Source of the DNA: a virus
Reading direction: 5' to 3' (one strand)
DNA length: 64,000 nt
IMG/VR virus record: IMGVR_UViG_3300023174_000100
Coordinates: 34,623-98,622 of that record
The notes below the pieces were generated by a model that saw only the letters and a program-made list of their open reading frames with translations, was not told the origin of the DNA and ran no database searches. The position numbers and the translations under genes were made by a program. Below, piece after piece: positions 9,866 to 20,628 of this stretch; position 1 is the first letter of the stretch; each line of letters starts with the position of its first letter.

Positions 9866-11362
9866 ATGAATTTTGAATTACCAAAACTAAAGAAAATAAC
9901 TAATCGTCCTAAAAAGAAAAAAATTCTACTCCTGTCGGATGATTTAAGATTAAACTCAGGTATTGGAGTAATGTCTAGGGAAATTGTAGTAGGTACAGCT
10001 AAATATTTTGATTGGGTTCAAATTGGAGCTGCTATAAAAAATCCTGATGCCGGTAAAATTATTGATGTTTCAGATGATGTTAACAAAGAAATAGGAATAG
10101 ATGACGCTAGCGTGCTTATATACCCTAATAATGGGTACGGAGATCCACACAAATTAAGAGAAATAATAACTAGAGAGTCGCCTGATGCGATTTTACATTT
10201 TACGGACCCGAGATTTTGGGAATGGCTATATGATATGGAGAGAGAAATTAGAACATCTATTCCTATTATGTATTATAATATATGGGACGATTTGCCATAT
10301 CCACATTGGAATTCTGAATTTTATGCTTCATGTGATTTCATATTTAATATATCAAAGCAAACTCATAATTTAGTTAATGTAGTATTAGAAGAAAATGAAT
10401 ATAAATATTATGATTTAGATTCTGGCGAACCAAAATCTTTTGATATAGATACAACTTACACTGCTTACATTCCTCATGGAATAAATAATAAACACATATA
10501 TAAGATTCTTCCAAGTAGCAAAGTATATGATGAATACAATGCTTATATATCTGATTTTAAAAGAGAAACGCCTACTGATTTTTTAATTTTTTGGAATAAT
10601 AGAAATATAAGAAGAAAACAACCGGGGGATGTTATTCTAGCTTTTACTAGGTTTTGCGAATATCTAAAAGATGATGATAAAGCTAGTAGATGTATTTTAG
10701 TCATGCATACAGACCCTATCGATGGAAATGGTACAGACTTAATTGCAACGGTAAAAGCTTTAAACCCAAAAGGAAAAGTCATTTTTTCTGATAAAAAAAT
10801 AGATACAAAGACACTAAATTTTTGGTATAATTTTGCGGATGTTGTTTTAAATATTGCATCTAATGAAGGATTCGGTCTTTCAGGAGCTGAAGCACTAATG
10901 GCCGGCACCCCTATTATAAATAATGTAACAGGAGGATTACAAGACCAGTGTGGTTTCATAGACAATAAAGGAAAGTACATAACATTTACAAAAGATTTCC
11001 CTACTAATCACGCAGGAACTTTTAGAAAGCATGGCGAATGGGCATTTCCAGTATTTCCTAACAATAGATCTCTACAAGGTTCACCGGCAACTCCCTATAT
11101 TTTTGATGACAGAGTATCCTTTGAGGAAGTGGCCGAGGCTATATTTTATTGGTACAAAATTCCTAGAGAAGAAAGAAAAGCATTAGGGAGCAAAGGAACG
11201 GCTTATGCTCTTGACCCGAAAGTAGGAATGTCAGCAGAGGAAATGTGTAATAGATTTATAAAAAATATCAATTTAGCTCTTGATAATTGGAAGCCGAGAT
11301 CTAGATATTCACTACATGAAATAAAACCAGAAAAAACTAATAAAGCAATAGGAATTCTATGA
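9866..11362 (+). CDS. GT-B glycosyltransferase (GT4-like)
   Basis: NRNIRRKQ, EGFGLSGAEA..AGTPII. Confidence 0.88.
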   Translation: MNFELPKLKKITNRPKKKKILLLSDDLRLNSGIGVMSREIVVGTAKYFDWVQIGAAIKNPDAGKIIDVSDDVNKEIGIDDASVLIYPNNGYGDPHKLREIITRESPDAILHFTDPRFWEWLYDMEREIRTSIPIMYYNIWDDLPYPHWNSEFYASCDFIFNISKQTHNLVNVVLEENEYKYYDLDSGEPKSFDIDTTYTAYIPHGINNKHIYKILPSSKVYDEYNAYISDFKRETPTDFLIFWNNRNIRRKQPGDVILAFTRFCEYLKDDDKASRCILVMHTDPIDGNGTDLIATVKALNPKGKVIFSDKKIDTKTLNFWYNFADVVLNIASNEGFGLSGAEALMAGTPIINNVTGGLQDQCGFIDNKGKYITFTKDFPTNHAGTFRKHGEWAFPVFPNNRSLQGSPATPYIFDDRVSFEEVAEAIFYWYKIPREERKALGSKGTAYALDPKVGMSAEEMCNRFIKNINLALDNWKPRSRYSLHEIKPEKTNKAIGIL

Positions 11363-12639
11363 AAAAGAAAGTTACTTTAGTCGCACCAGTATATACGGCT
11401 TCCGGATATGGGGCACACGGCAGAGACATAGCATGGGCATTGATATCATTAAAGGATAAATACGATTTAAAAATAGTTTCTACGGCATGGGGAAATACTC
11501 CTACTAATGGATTAGATAAAAACAACCCTTCTGATGCAGAAATTATAAAAAGAATCGTACCAAAAACGGATATTAATGATGATATTTTTATTCAGTTGAC
11601 AATACCTAATGAATTTGTCAAATGCGGTAAATATAACATAGGTTTCACTGCTGGGATAGAAACAGATATGTGTTCTCCTAAATGGATTGAGGGATGTAAC
11701 AATATGGATATGCTATTGACAACATCTAAACATTCTCTTGATGTTATAAATGATTCTGTATTTGATAAAGTAAATAAACATACAAATCAATTAGAAGGCA
11801 CTCTAAAGCTCAGAGATAGCCTTAGAAAAGAGATTTTATTTGAGGGTGTAGACACAACAGTTTACACCAACAAAATGCATCCTGATGAAAATATGAACAT
11901 TCTAGAGCATGTTAAAGAAGATTTCTGTTTCCTATTTGTTGGACATTGGTTGCAAGGTTCTTTCGGTAATGATAGAAAGAATGTAGGAGCTATGATAAAA
12001 GTATTTTTTGATACATTTAAAAGAATGCCAGCCAAAAATAGACCGGCATTAATTTTAAAAACAAGTGGAGGTAAGTATTCAGTAGGTGATTTAAATGAAA
12101 TTCAATCAAAAATTAGGTCTATTTTAGACGGAGAGTCTGGTCCAAACATTTATGTCCTACATGGAGATTTGACAGATGGAGAAATGAATAATTTATACAA
12201 CGACCCAAAAGTAAAAGCTATGATTTCCTTTACAAAAGGAGAGGGGTATGGAAGACCTCTAGCTGAATTTTCCGTAACTGGGAAGCCTATCATAGCATCT
12301 AATTGGTCGGGACATACTGATTTCTTAAATCCAAAATACTGTTCTCTGCTTCCCGGCCGACTAGAGCCCGTGGATAAATCAGTTCTAAATGATTGGTTTA
12401 TACAGGAATCTAAATGGTTTACAGTCGATTATATGTATTCTGCTGGAGTTATTGCAGATGTTTTTACTAGATATAATAAGCATAAAGAAAACGCGGAAAA
12501 ACAAAGACTTCATACGTTAGCTCATTTTACTTTTGAGAAAATGGTCGATAAATTAGAAGTAATTCTGGATTCAATTGAAATTCAAAACCAACCTAAGATA
12601 AATAAACTTAATTTACCAAAACTAAAACTAGTAGAATGA
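11359..12639 (+). CDS. GT-B glycosyltransferase (GT4-like)
   Basis: SGYG, RKNVG, KGEGYGRPLAEF..TGKPII. Confidence 0.88.
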   Translation: MKKKVTLVAPVYTASGYGAHGRDIAWALISLKDKYDLKIVSTAWGNTPTNGLDKNNPSDAEIIKRIVPKTDINDDIFIQLTIPNEFVKCGKYNIGFTAGIETDMCSPKWIEGCNNMDMLLTTSKHSLDVINDSVFDKVNKHTNQLEGTLKLRDSLRKEILFEGVDTTVYTNKMHPDENMNILEHVKEDFCFLFVGHWLQGSFGNDRKNVGAMIKVFFDTFKRMPAKNRPALILKTSGGKYSVGDLNEIQSKIRSILDGESGPNIYVLHGDLTDGEMNNLYNDPKVKAMISFTKGEGYGRPLAEFSVTGKPIIASNWSGHTDFLNPKYCSLLPGRLEPVDKSVLNDWFIQESKWFTVDYMYSAGVIADVFTRYNKHKENAEKQRLHTLAHFTFEKMVDKLEVILDSIEIQNQPKINKLNLPKLKLVE

Positions 12640-13103
12640 TTGATGTAACTTTTGAGGAACTATCTCCTATAACCGGACAACAAGAAGTAATTGTAGAACT
12701 TACAGATACTGGATTGCTGACAAAACTTTGCATGGGCAGCGGCTACTATACAGACTCGAGCCTAGTTCTAGGCTCCGACGCCCAGATTCAGTATGAGTCG
12801 ACGCTGCCCCGAATTTGTATAGATAAAAGACACGTTGATGTAGAAAACTTGGTATGGTATCCTTTTGTATTTTCTTTAGACAAGGCGGTAATTTTTCCGG
12901 ACGAAGGGGATACTAAGAGGATGGTTTGGAAGGTATGTGAGATTATTGATTTTACGGATGATGATGTTAAGAATTACCCTAATGCTATAATAAGGAGAAA
13001 AGTTGATGTAGATAATTGTATTGAATTTAATGCGGATGCTTTTTCTAATGCTTTTGAAAAATTATATGAATTAAATTTACCAAAACATAAAGAAATTGGA
13101 TAA
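12636..13103 (+). CDS. Hypothetical protein
   Basis: Translationally coupled ORF within the operon. Confidence 0.6.
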   Translation: MIDVTFEELSPITGQQEVIVELTDTGLLTKLCMGSGYYTDSSLVLGSDAQIQYESTLPRICIDKRHVDVENLVWYPFVFSLDKAVIFPDEGDTKRMVWKVCEIIDFTDDDVKNYPNAIIRRKVDVDNCIEFNADAFSNAFEKLYELNLPKHKEIG

Positions 13104-13866
13104 CATTTACCTTTCATATTGTGTTACTGCCTGTGATGAGAAAGATGAGTTATTTGTCTTACTTTCTTTATTGGAGGGAGTTATTGCAGTAGATACGGAA
13201 ATTATTGTGCAGACGGATTCCTCCAGGGTAACTAATGATGTTTTGGATGTAATTAAGAATCATCCTATATCAGAACATATAAATCATGTTAATTTTCCAT
13301 TGAACGGAGATTTTGCAACATTTAAAAATAATTTGTTTAAGCATGCAAGAGGTGAATGGATTTTTCAAATTGATGCAGATGAGTTATTGAATGATTATTT
13401 GTTGTATAATTTAAAAACATTGTTGGAAATTAATGCAGACATGGAAATGATTGCCGTTCCTAGAGTTAACATTGTAGAAAACATTACACAAGAATGGATT
13501 AATCATTGGAATTGGAAAATTAGCAAACAAGATATAGCTATTCAATCTACTTTAGAGCCTATAAGTATTTATTCTGATTTATATAAATTGCTTGAGATTA
13601 ATAATTTGATTAAGGAGGAGTATAACATTAATAGTAGTAAAGATATAAGGTCTGTTGTTTATTATAAGCCTATTATTAATTTTCCGGATTATCAAACGAG
13701 GATATATAGGAATTTAGATAAGATTAGATTTAAGAATAAGGTACATGAAGTAATTACAGGATATTCATATTATGCTGCTATACCTGATGAATGGAATTGG
13801 TGTTTATTGCATGTTAAGAGTATTAATAAGCAGATAAGTCAAAATGAAATGTATTCTAAATTATAA
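13096..13866 (+). CDS. GT2-family glycosyltransferase
   Basis: WIFQIDADE (DxD), PDYQTRIY, KVHE. Confidence 0.85.
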   Translation: MDNIYLSYCVTACDEKDELFVLLSLLEGVIAVDTEIIVQTDSSRVTNDVLDVIKNHPISEHINHVNFPLNGDFATFKNNLFKHARGEWIFQIDADELLNDYLLYNLKTLLEINADMEMIAVPRVNIVENITQEWINHWNWKISKQDIAIQSTLEPISIYSDLYKLLEINNLIKEEYNINSSKDIRSVVYYKPIINFPDYQTRIYRNLDKIRFKNKVHEVITGYSYYAAIPDEWNWCLLHVKSINKQISQNEMYSKL

Positions 13867-13892
13867 TATGATTATTCCTAAATGTTGAACTT

Positions 13893-14930
13893 ATGTTACG
13901 TATTAGATTAGTTGATGTTGATAGGGGTAGAAATAAGGCTACATATAGAGGATTTTTGATGTATAAAGATTTGTTCAAAGATGTAGGAATAGATTTTATT
14001 ATTGCTGGGGATATGGTAGACAGTTGGGATATAAGCATTTTAGGTGATGAATGTTTTATTAACCGGCGGGCGAAGTCTTTACAGGAGTCTATTGATTATG
14101 GATTAGAGAGATTACATGAGATAGATGGAAGATTCATGCTATATGATGGTTCTGATTCTCCATCTATTTTAGGATCTTATGATGTATTTGAAAATAGCAA
14201 TGCAGAAAAATTAATAAAGAATCAAATATATAGTAAAGATGTATATAGCATTCCATCTCCATTGGGTAAGGAATGGTGGAACATGTATGCCGGCCGGGAG
14301 GATAAGATTTCCTATGATGTAAAAAGATATGATGACATTGTTTTATCTGGTTATAATCTCGGGTACTATCATCCACATTATATGCAATTCGCGAATCATG
14401 AAGTAAAAAAGGAACATGATATATTTGCAGTTTATCAAGCGGATCATAAGGAGAATTATGACTTTGGAATTCGCAACGATTTATATTATAGCAGACATAG
14501 AAAGCGGAGCTTGGATACATTGGATAGATTGGATGATACCTATAATATCGTTTCTGGCAGGCTTTCTCCTGAGGATTATAACATAGTATTGATGAGAAGT
14601 AAATGTGCTATATCTCCTTTTGGTATGGGGGAGATATGTTTTAGGGATTTTGAGATATGGAATTATGGATGTATAATGATTAAGCCTTTTATGAATAATG
14701 TAATAACTAATCCTAATCCGTATATAGACAGGGAGACTTATTTTGCATGTAATAATAATTGGGATGATTTAAATGATCTTATTGATGTTGTATTGTCATT
14801 GAACAATAATGATGTTAAAGATATTAATAACAATGTGAGGAATATGTTGATTGATATGTATTCCCCGCAGAATTTTGTATTGAATTTTTATAACATTTTA
14901 GCAAGTTTAAACGGAGTAACTAAATACTAG
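13893..14930 (+). CDS. GT-B glycosyltransferase-like protein
   Basis: SKCAISPFGMGEICFRDFE..GC..IKP. Confidence 0.7.
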   Translation: MLRIRLVDVDRGRNKATYRGFLMYKDLFKDVGIDFIIAGDMVDSWDISILGDECFINRRAKSLQESIDYGLERLHEIDGRFMLYDGSDSPSILGSYDVFENSNAEKLIKNQIYSKDVYSIPSPLGKEWWNMYAGREDKISYDVKRYDDIVLSGYNLGYYHPHYMQFANHEVKKEHDIFAVYQADHKENYDFGIRNDLYYSRHRKRSLDTLDRLDDTYNIVSGRLSPEDYNIVLMRSKCAISPFGMGEICFRDFEIWNYGCIMIKPFMNNVITNPNPYIDRETYFACNNNWDDLNDLIDVVLSLNNNDVKDINNNVRNMLIDMYSPQNFVLNFYNILASLNGVTKY

Positions 14931-14941
14931 TAATAATAGTC

Positions 14942-16204
14942 ATGAATAAATTAGTAGAAATTTTAAAGTCTTGGGGTATAGCTATAAACCCAAATGAAAA
15001 ACAAAGTAAATTAGCTGAAGCTAGAATTCAAATTTGTGATGTCTGTGAACATAAGAAAACATCTCCTACGGTTCATTGTGGTGTTTGCGGATGCTTACTT
15101 AAAGGTAAGATATATTCACCGGTAGAAAATGCTTGCCCGGAAGGAAAATGGGCGGAGGTAGATAAAGCTATGTCAGATGAAATACAGGCATTAGCAGCTG
15201 AAATTCCTACCTATAATACAAATCCGGTTATGCCCGAACCCATACAAACTGAAGATAAAACTGTTCAATTTGTTTGCGCACAGCCGGCCACTCTATATTA
15301 TGCATGGCAAGTTGAAGTAATGATTAATAATTTCCTATCAATGGGTGTTAATCCCGCTTCTATAAATATTGTATGTGCTTTAGATGAAACTGAGACAATC
15401 CCTACTGAATGGTTTAAACTGTTGATGAGGTATAGACATGTTAAATTCTTTTTCTACTTGGATACTAGAACTTCTAAAAATTATGTATCTTCTATAAGAC
15501 CTAATATACTTAAACAACACTGGCTAAGGAATCCTAGCTTAAAAGATGATATTATATTCTACCATGATTGTGATATTGCTTTTACTAGGCCTGTTAATGA
15601 GTGGCTTACTACAGATTTATTAAAAGACAATAACTGGTATGGCTCTAATTGCAATTCGTATCTTTCTTCCGATTATATAGAAAGTAAAGGACAAGATATT
15701 TTAAATGCTATGTGCAATATTAGTGGAATACCCAAAAGCATAGTACAACAAAATAACGAAAATAATATAGGAGCTCAATATATAATGAAAGATGTTAGCC
15801 CTTTTTTCTGGTTATCTGTGGAAGAACAGTGCGAAAAACTATACACTGATATTACGCAAATAAATAACGTAAAAAAACAAGATGATTCGAATTACATGGA
15901 ACTGCAAATTTGGTGCGCTGATATGTGGGCTATTCTTTTCACTGCATGGAATTTAGGTAAAAACACAATAGTTCATGGTAATTTAGGATTCTCTTGGTCA
16001 ACTGATACTGAAAATGACTGGTATAAGTATAATATATATCATAACGCAGGAGTGACTTCCGATAATCAAGGATATTTTTTTAAAGCAGCATATATGAATA
16101 GATTACCTTATAATGAACCTGATGTTTATATACAAGATAGCGCCAATAAAAAATATTGGGAATTAATTCAACAAACAGGAAAAAATTCTTGTTTATTAGA
16201 GTGA
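14942..16204 (+). CDS. N-terminal Cys-rich domain plus GT-A glycosyltransferase (HPAT/GT95-96-like)
   Basis: CxxC..CxxCGC..CP..KW N-terminus; YYAWQ, RPNIL..W, YHDCD, WCADMW. Confidence 0.6.
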   Translation: MNKLVEILKSWGIAINPNEKQSKLAEARIQICDVCEHKKTSPTVHCGVCGCLLKGKIYSPVENACPEGKWAEVDKAMSDEIQALAAEIPTYNTNPVMPEPIQTEDKTVQFVCAQPATLYYAWQVEVMINNFLSMGVNPASINIVCALDETETIPTEWFKLLMRYRHVKFFFYLDTRTSKNYVSSIRPNILKQHWLRNPSLKDDIIFYHDCDIAFTRPVNEWLTTDLLKDNNWYGSNCNSYLSSDYIESKGQDILNAMCNISGIPKSIVQQNNENNIGAQYIMKDVSPFFWLSVEEQCEKLYTDITQINNVKKQDDSNYMELQIWCADMWAILFTAWNLGKNTIVHGNLGFSWSTDTENDWYKYNIYHNAGVTSDNQGYFFKAAYMNRLPYNEPDVYIQDSANKKYWELIQQTGKNSCLLE

Positions 16205-16381
16205 TGTTGTTTTTCATTTTGTCATATAACTATTATATAGTATATTAGTTACTAATTAGAATCGGTAGTTTAAGATAAAATAAGGATAAATCCTAGATGG
16301 TGCTTAATTCACCCCGATTTTTTTAATTTTTATTTATACAGACCTTTTAGAACACAAACTAGAAAATAAGTTAAAAATTAA

Positions 16382-16879
16382 ATGAGTATTAGAGAGAATA
16401 GAAGTCTTGAAAATTTACCCGGAGAGGTTTGGAAACCATTTCCTAACTACGAAAAATGGTATCAAGTTTCTAACTTAGGAAGAGTAAAAAGAATGAGTAG
16501 GTTATGTGTACAAAAAAGAAAAAACGAGAATGGAAAGCCTCTTTCCGAACTGTCTTATACATTAGATGAAATAATTCTAGCCCAATCATTTACAACAGCC
16601 GGCTACTTAATGATAAGATTCTCTTATGAGACAAAAGAGGATGGACTTATTTCAAGATTTAATGTAGCAATGCATAGGGCTGTAGCCATGGCTTTTATTC
16701 CAAATCCTAATAATTACCCACAAGTAAATCATATAGACGGAGACAAAACAAATAATACAGTTTCTAATTTAGAATGGTGCGATAATTCTAGAAATCAAAT
16801 ACACAGAAATTATATACTAGAGAAAAAATCTAAGTCTAAATATCTAGGGTATTTAATGAGAAATAAAAACAAACTATAA
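16382..16879 (+). CDS. NUMOD4-HNH homing endonuclease (C-terminal AP2-like part appears truncated)
   Basis: EVWKP...YQVSNLGRVK; HRAVAMAFIPNP..QVNHIDGDKTNN..NLEW. Confidence 0.9.
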   Translation: MSIRENRSLENLPGEVWKPFPNYEKWYQVSNLGRVKRMSRLCVQKRKNENGKPLSELSYTLDEIILAQSFTTAGYLMIRFSYETKEDGLISRFNVAMHRAVAMAFIPNPNNYPQVNHIDGDKTNNTVSNLEWCDNSRNQIHRNYILEKKSKSKYLGYLMRNKNKL

Positions 16880-16882
16880 TAT

Positions 16883-17689
16883 ATGCAAAATGTTGTGTAT
16901 TGGATTGGGGTAAAAAATCCAAATCCTCACATGAACGATAAACATGGGGGGTTTAAGTATTTAGACGTGTCAAGAAAAACATGGGAATGGTGGTGCAATA
17001 AAAATAATGTTGCTTTTGTTCCTTACGAATTAGATAATTATAAACCATTTCACGAAGGGACTAAAGTTACTTGGCAGAGATGGTTTGATATGAAAAAAGT
17101 AATAACAGAGAAAGGTATTGACCCTAATTGGATTTGGGCAATAGACGGATCTAGCATGATTAAATGGGATGCTCCCGCTCCCTGGGAGGATAAAAAATTA
17201 GATTCCAAAATAGTTTACGCTCATAGATCTTTAGAAAATTTATTTTGGATAACAGAGGGGATAGATGGATATAAAGATTTGTTTTCTGTTGATTTTGATT
17301 TGACAAAATATTTATGTACAGGAAATGTTCTTCTTAATAAAGACAATTACAGTTTTCTATCCGACTTAGAAATTTTCTTCTTGACAAATAGAGAAAAGAT
17401 AATGTACCTCGAAAATGAAAAAATAAAAAGGGGTACGGATCAGCCTGTATTTAATTACTTTGTTCAGGATAACAAAATTCCTTTTAGCGTAGATACTCTT
17501 AATCCTAAGTTTATGCTAACTCATCTCAATAGATTTCATTGGCTTAGTCATAATTGGAATACACAAAATACTACACCATTTTTTATAAAATATGGATGGT
17601 TTTGGTTATTTAGCGGATTTCCTACTAGAGGAGACCGATATGAGTTGATGTCAAAAACATGGGATTTAATAAAACATAATTATGAGTAA
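16883..17689 (+). CDS. GT-A glycosyltransferase (GT8/GT34-like)
   Basis: Paralog of the next gene; W..WC, TGNVL, DQPVFNY. Confidence 0.65.
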   Translation: MQNVVYWIGVKNPNPHMNDKHGGFKYLDVSRKTWEWWCNKNNVAFVPYELDNYKPFHEGTKVTWQRWFDMKKVITEKGIDPNWIWAIDGSSMIKWDAPAPWEDKKLDSKIVYAHRSLENLFWITEGIDGYKDLFSVDFDLTKYLCTGNVLLNKDNYSFLSDLEIFFLTNREKIMYLENEKIKRGTDQPVFNYFVQDNKIPFSVDTLNPKFMLTHLNRFHWLSHNWNTQNTTPFFIKYGWFWLFSGFPTRGDRYELMSKTWDLIKHNYE

Positions 17690-18422
17690 AGACATAGTTG
17701 TTCAAATAGCTATTAACAAATCCGAAAGATCCGCTAATCAAGGATATTCAATTAGCTCTAAATCTTGGAAAAAATGGTGTGACTTAAACAATGTCGACTT
17801 ATTTTCCATAGATTCCGAAATAGTGTCTGATTTAGGTTTTCAGTGGAATAAAATTTTTATTTTAGATTTACTCTCTGCAAACGATATTGAGTATAATAGA
17901 GTTTTGTATGTAGATTCTGACACAATAGTTCATCCTAAAATGCCTTATGTATTTGATTTAGTCGGAGATAAATTTGGCGTAGTAAGAAATTACGGATGTA
18001 TGGATTGGGTTTGCCGAAGCGTTGAGAATTGCCATCAATTGGTTTTTCCAAATAGCGAAGTATTAAGTCCATTCAAATACTTTAACTCCGGAGTTATGAT
18101 ATTTAACAAATCTCATAAATCTTTTTTTGACTCAGTAAAGGATTTTTACAATACGGAAAATAAAAAAATTTTAGATTTTCAAAGTACAGGTGTAGGTAAA
18201 GATCAACCTATACTTAATTATTTATCTGAAATTCATAATATAGAAAAAGTATATTTACCTTATGAGTATAATATGCAAGATATGAATAGATTTGAGGTAC
18301 TAACCTCTAATATGCTACATACTAGATTTGGATGGATATATCATTTTAATGGAGGAGTTAAACCAACTCCAGGTGCTTGGATGCTTGAAACACATAATTT
18401 TTTAAATGAAAGATATGGTTAA
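17682..18422 (+). CDS. GT8-like glycosyltransferase
   Basis: YVDSD, YFNSGVM, DQPILNY, IYHF. Confidence 0.82.
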   Translation: MSKDIVVQIAINKSERSANQGYSISSKSWKKWCDLNNVDLFSIDSEIVSDLGFQWNKIFILDLLSANDIEYNRVLYVDSDTIVHPKMPYVFDLVGDKFGVVRNYGCMDWVCRSVENCHQLVFPNSEVLSPFKYFNSGVMIFNKSHKSFFDSVKDFYNTENKKILDFQSTGVGKDQPILNYLSEIHNIEKVYLPYEYNMQDMNRFEVLTSNMLHTRFGWIYHFNGGVKPTPGAWMLETHNFLNERYG

Positions 18423-19440
18423 ACTAGATTATACCTATGTTATAGGAACAAATGTTATGTTTTATGAAATAGACATGCTTCCTTACTTAGTTGATAGTAT
18501 TATTGATTCAGTAAAAGAAATTGAAAATCAAGAAAATATAACCATTGATTTATTTTTAAATACATGTTATTTGTTCGAATCTTGCGAAAGTCCAGAAACA
18601 GCTAAAAATATTCAATGGAAATTTATGAATATTATTCATAAATTAAAGCAAGAGACTAATTGTAAAATAATACAAGGGCATTTACCAAATTCTTCAGATT
18701 TATATACAATGGTAAATTACAGAAGAGACTTGAATTACAATTATGCTAATAAAGTAGATATTGTTATTTGGGGAGAAACAGATTGCTTAGTTCCTCATAA
18801 TACTTTTTCTATATTAGATAAAATAAAAAAGTCATCTGATAATGCTAAATTTTACAGATATATTATTACTTTTGCGGATAGAAAAATGTGGGATTCTTCC
18901 TGGGAGGTATTAGAACATCCAGAATTTTTGAATTCTACATACTATGAAAAATCAGATCCTAGGTGCTTTACAGAAAAACACTCTATAAGATATGTCATGA
19001 CTAAAGATGAAATGGATAAGATTAATAAAAAATATGAATCTGATATTGATGTTAATGTCTTGTATAGTCCTAAATTTGATGGTAGTTTATTATGTATAAG
19101 TTCTGAATTAATAAAAGCTGGCGCTAACATACCTTTAGGTTTTTGGGGCCTGAGCGGAGAAGATACAGCTTTTATGCAAGAATGCATGAAAGTTATGCAA
19201 AATTATTACGTTCAATATGTAGTAAAAAATATTTTGAAAGTACATAATAGAGAACATCCAGAAAAGAGGAAGTATGCTGTGTCAAAATCAGATGGTCAAA
19301 AAAGCACTCAAGAAAAAAAAGGAGATTGGTACAATATAGTAAGAGACATAAACAAGAAAAACTTAGAACTTCTATACGGAAATAATAGACAAGAAAGGTT
19401 ACTTACTTATAAAGATTATATAAAAGAATTAAATATATAG
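18406..19440 (+). CDS. Glycosyltransferase-like protein (GT-A)
   Basis: WGETD, GEDTAF; cluster context. Confidence 0.55.
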   Translation: MKDMVKLDYTYVIGTNVMFYEIDMLPYLVDSIIDSVKEIENQENITIDLFLNTCYLFESCESPETAKNIQWKFMNIIHKLKQETNCKIIQGHLPNSSDLYTMVNYRRDLNYNYANKVDIVIWGETDCLVPHNTFSILDKIKKSSDNAKFYRYIITFADRKMWDSSWEVLEHPEFLNSTYYEKSDPRCFTEKHSIRYVMTKDEMDKINKKYESDIDVNVLYSPKFDGSLLCISSELIKAGANIPLGFWGLSGEDTAFMQECMKVMQNYYVQYVVKNILKVHNREHPEKRKYAVSKSDGQKSTQEKKGDWYNIVRDINKKNLELLYGNNRQERLLTYKDYIKELNI

Positions 19441-19441
19441 C

Positions 19442-20359
19442 ATGGATTCTAAAGATTTAAAAAACATAGTGAAAGATTTAGAAAAAAGTCTTAAAAAAAT
19501 ACAAGTTAGTGGAAGAAATCTGAAAAAAATAAGTAAGAATCTCGCTAAAGAAGTAAAAAATAATAATAAACCTTCTTCTATAAAAGATTTTAAAGTAGAT
19601 AAAAAAGAATTCAAGTATCCTATAAAAGTTTTAAATTATAGGGCGGTTAAAGAAAGTGACGAAAATATGTTTTTTGGAGGATCAGATGATGAGGCAAGGA
19701 TATCTTGGAAGAAGCAGAAAAAATTGGACAATCCCAAATTTATGGACAAAAAAGTAGAAAGAGAATATAGACTATTGGCATATATGAGCGGAATATCTCC
19801 GAATACAGATTTATCGGATGTTCAAAGAGTAGTTATATCCAAAAAAAGTTCCGGAGCTACTTACTTTTTATTTGAATCTAAGAAATATTATGTTGAAACG
19901 GAGTATAATTTCAACACTAAAAATTTGATAAATAAGTCCATACAAACCATAAAATCCGAGGGAGAGAATATTTCTAGCGGCGATTTAAATTTACTTGTTA
20001 GACAAATAGCTAATTTAAAAAACCAGAATAAAATAAGAAAAATAGAAGGAGAGTTCCTGAGAAGAAGTAATTCTACAGGTTATTATGTATATTTAAGATA
20101 TGGTTTTGTTCCGGATGAATCAGCTCAAAGCAATTTTAGAAACTTAATAGATGAATTTAATAATCAATATCCTAATAATAGAGTAAATAAAATAGAAGAT
20201 TTCCTAAAAACGGAAACAGGCAGGAATTTTTGGAGAGAGAAGGGTGATGATTGGGATGGATATTTTGATTTATCAGATAACTCTTATAGTATGAAAACAC
20301 TAGGAGATTATGTCGAAAATAAAATTGACAGAGATTTGTTTAACTTAACATTTAAATAG
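19442..20359 (+). CDS. Lys-rich N-terminus plus GNAT-like C-terminal domain
   Basis: TGYYVYLRYGF...TETGRNFW..KG resembles GNAT domains of phage polyvalent/MuF proteins. Confidence 0.45.
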   Translation: MDSKDLKNIVKDLEKSLKKIQVSGRNLKKISKNLAKEVKNNNKPSSIKDFKVDKKEFKYPIKVLNYRAVKESDENMFFGGSDDEARISWKKQKKLDNPKFMDKKVEREYRLLAYMSGISPNTDLSDVQRVVISKKSSGATYFLFESKKYYVETEYNFNTKNLINKSIQTIKSEGENISSGDLNLLVRQIANLKNQNKIRKIEGEFLRRSNSTGYYVYLRYGFVPDESAQSNFRNLIDEFNNQYPNNRVNKIEDFLKTETGRNFWREKGDDWDGYFDLSDNSYSMKTLGDYVENKIDRDLFNLTFK

Positions 20360-20361
20360 CA

Positions 20362-20616
20362 ATGGAAAGCAACTTAAAATTAATTCAAAAAACCCTCAGA
20401 GATTTAATTAAATTTTCAGATGGTGAAGAAGACTTAGAATTAGATGTAGCTTTTATACTTTCGAATTATGAAGATTCTTACATAGATGAAGTTAGAAAAA
20501 TTTACTACGAGAGAAAATTTAATTGGCTTGACGGAATAGACAACAAAATAGCTGATTTACTGATAAATATATACGGATTATACTTTGATGAACAAACAGA
20601 TACCGAAACTAATTAA
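20362..20616 (+). CDS. Small acidic hypothetical protein
   Basis: ORF coupled to the GNAT-like gene. Confidence 0.6.
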   Translation: MESNLKLIQKTLRDLIKFSDGEEDLELDVAFILSNYEDSYIDEVRKIYYERKFNWLDGIDNKIADLLINIYGLYFDEQTDTETN

Positions 20617-20628
20617 ATAATTTATATC

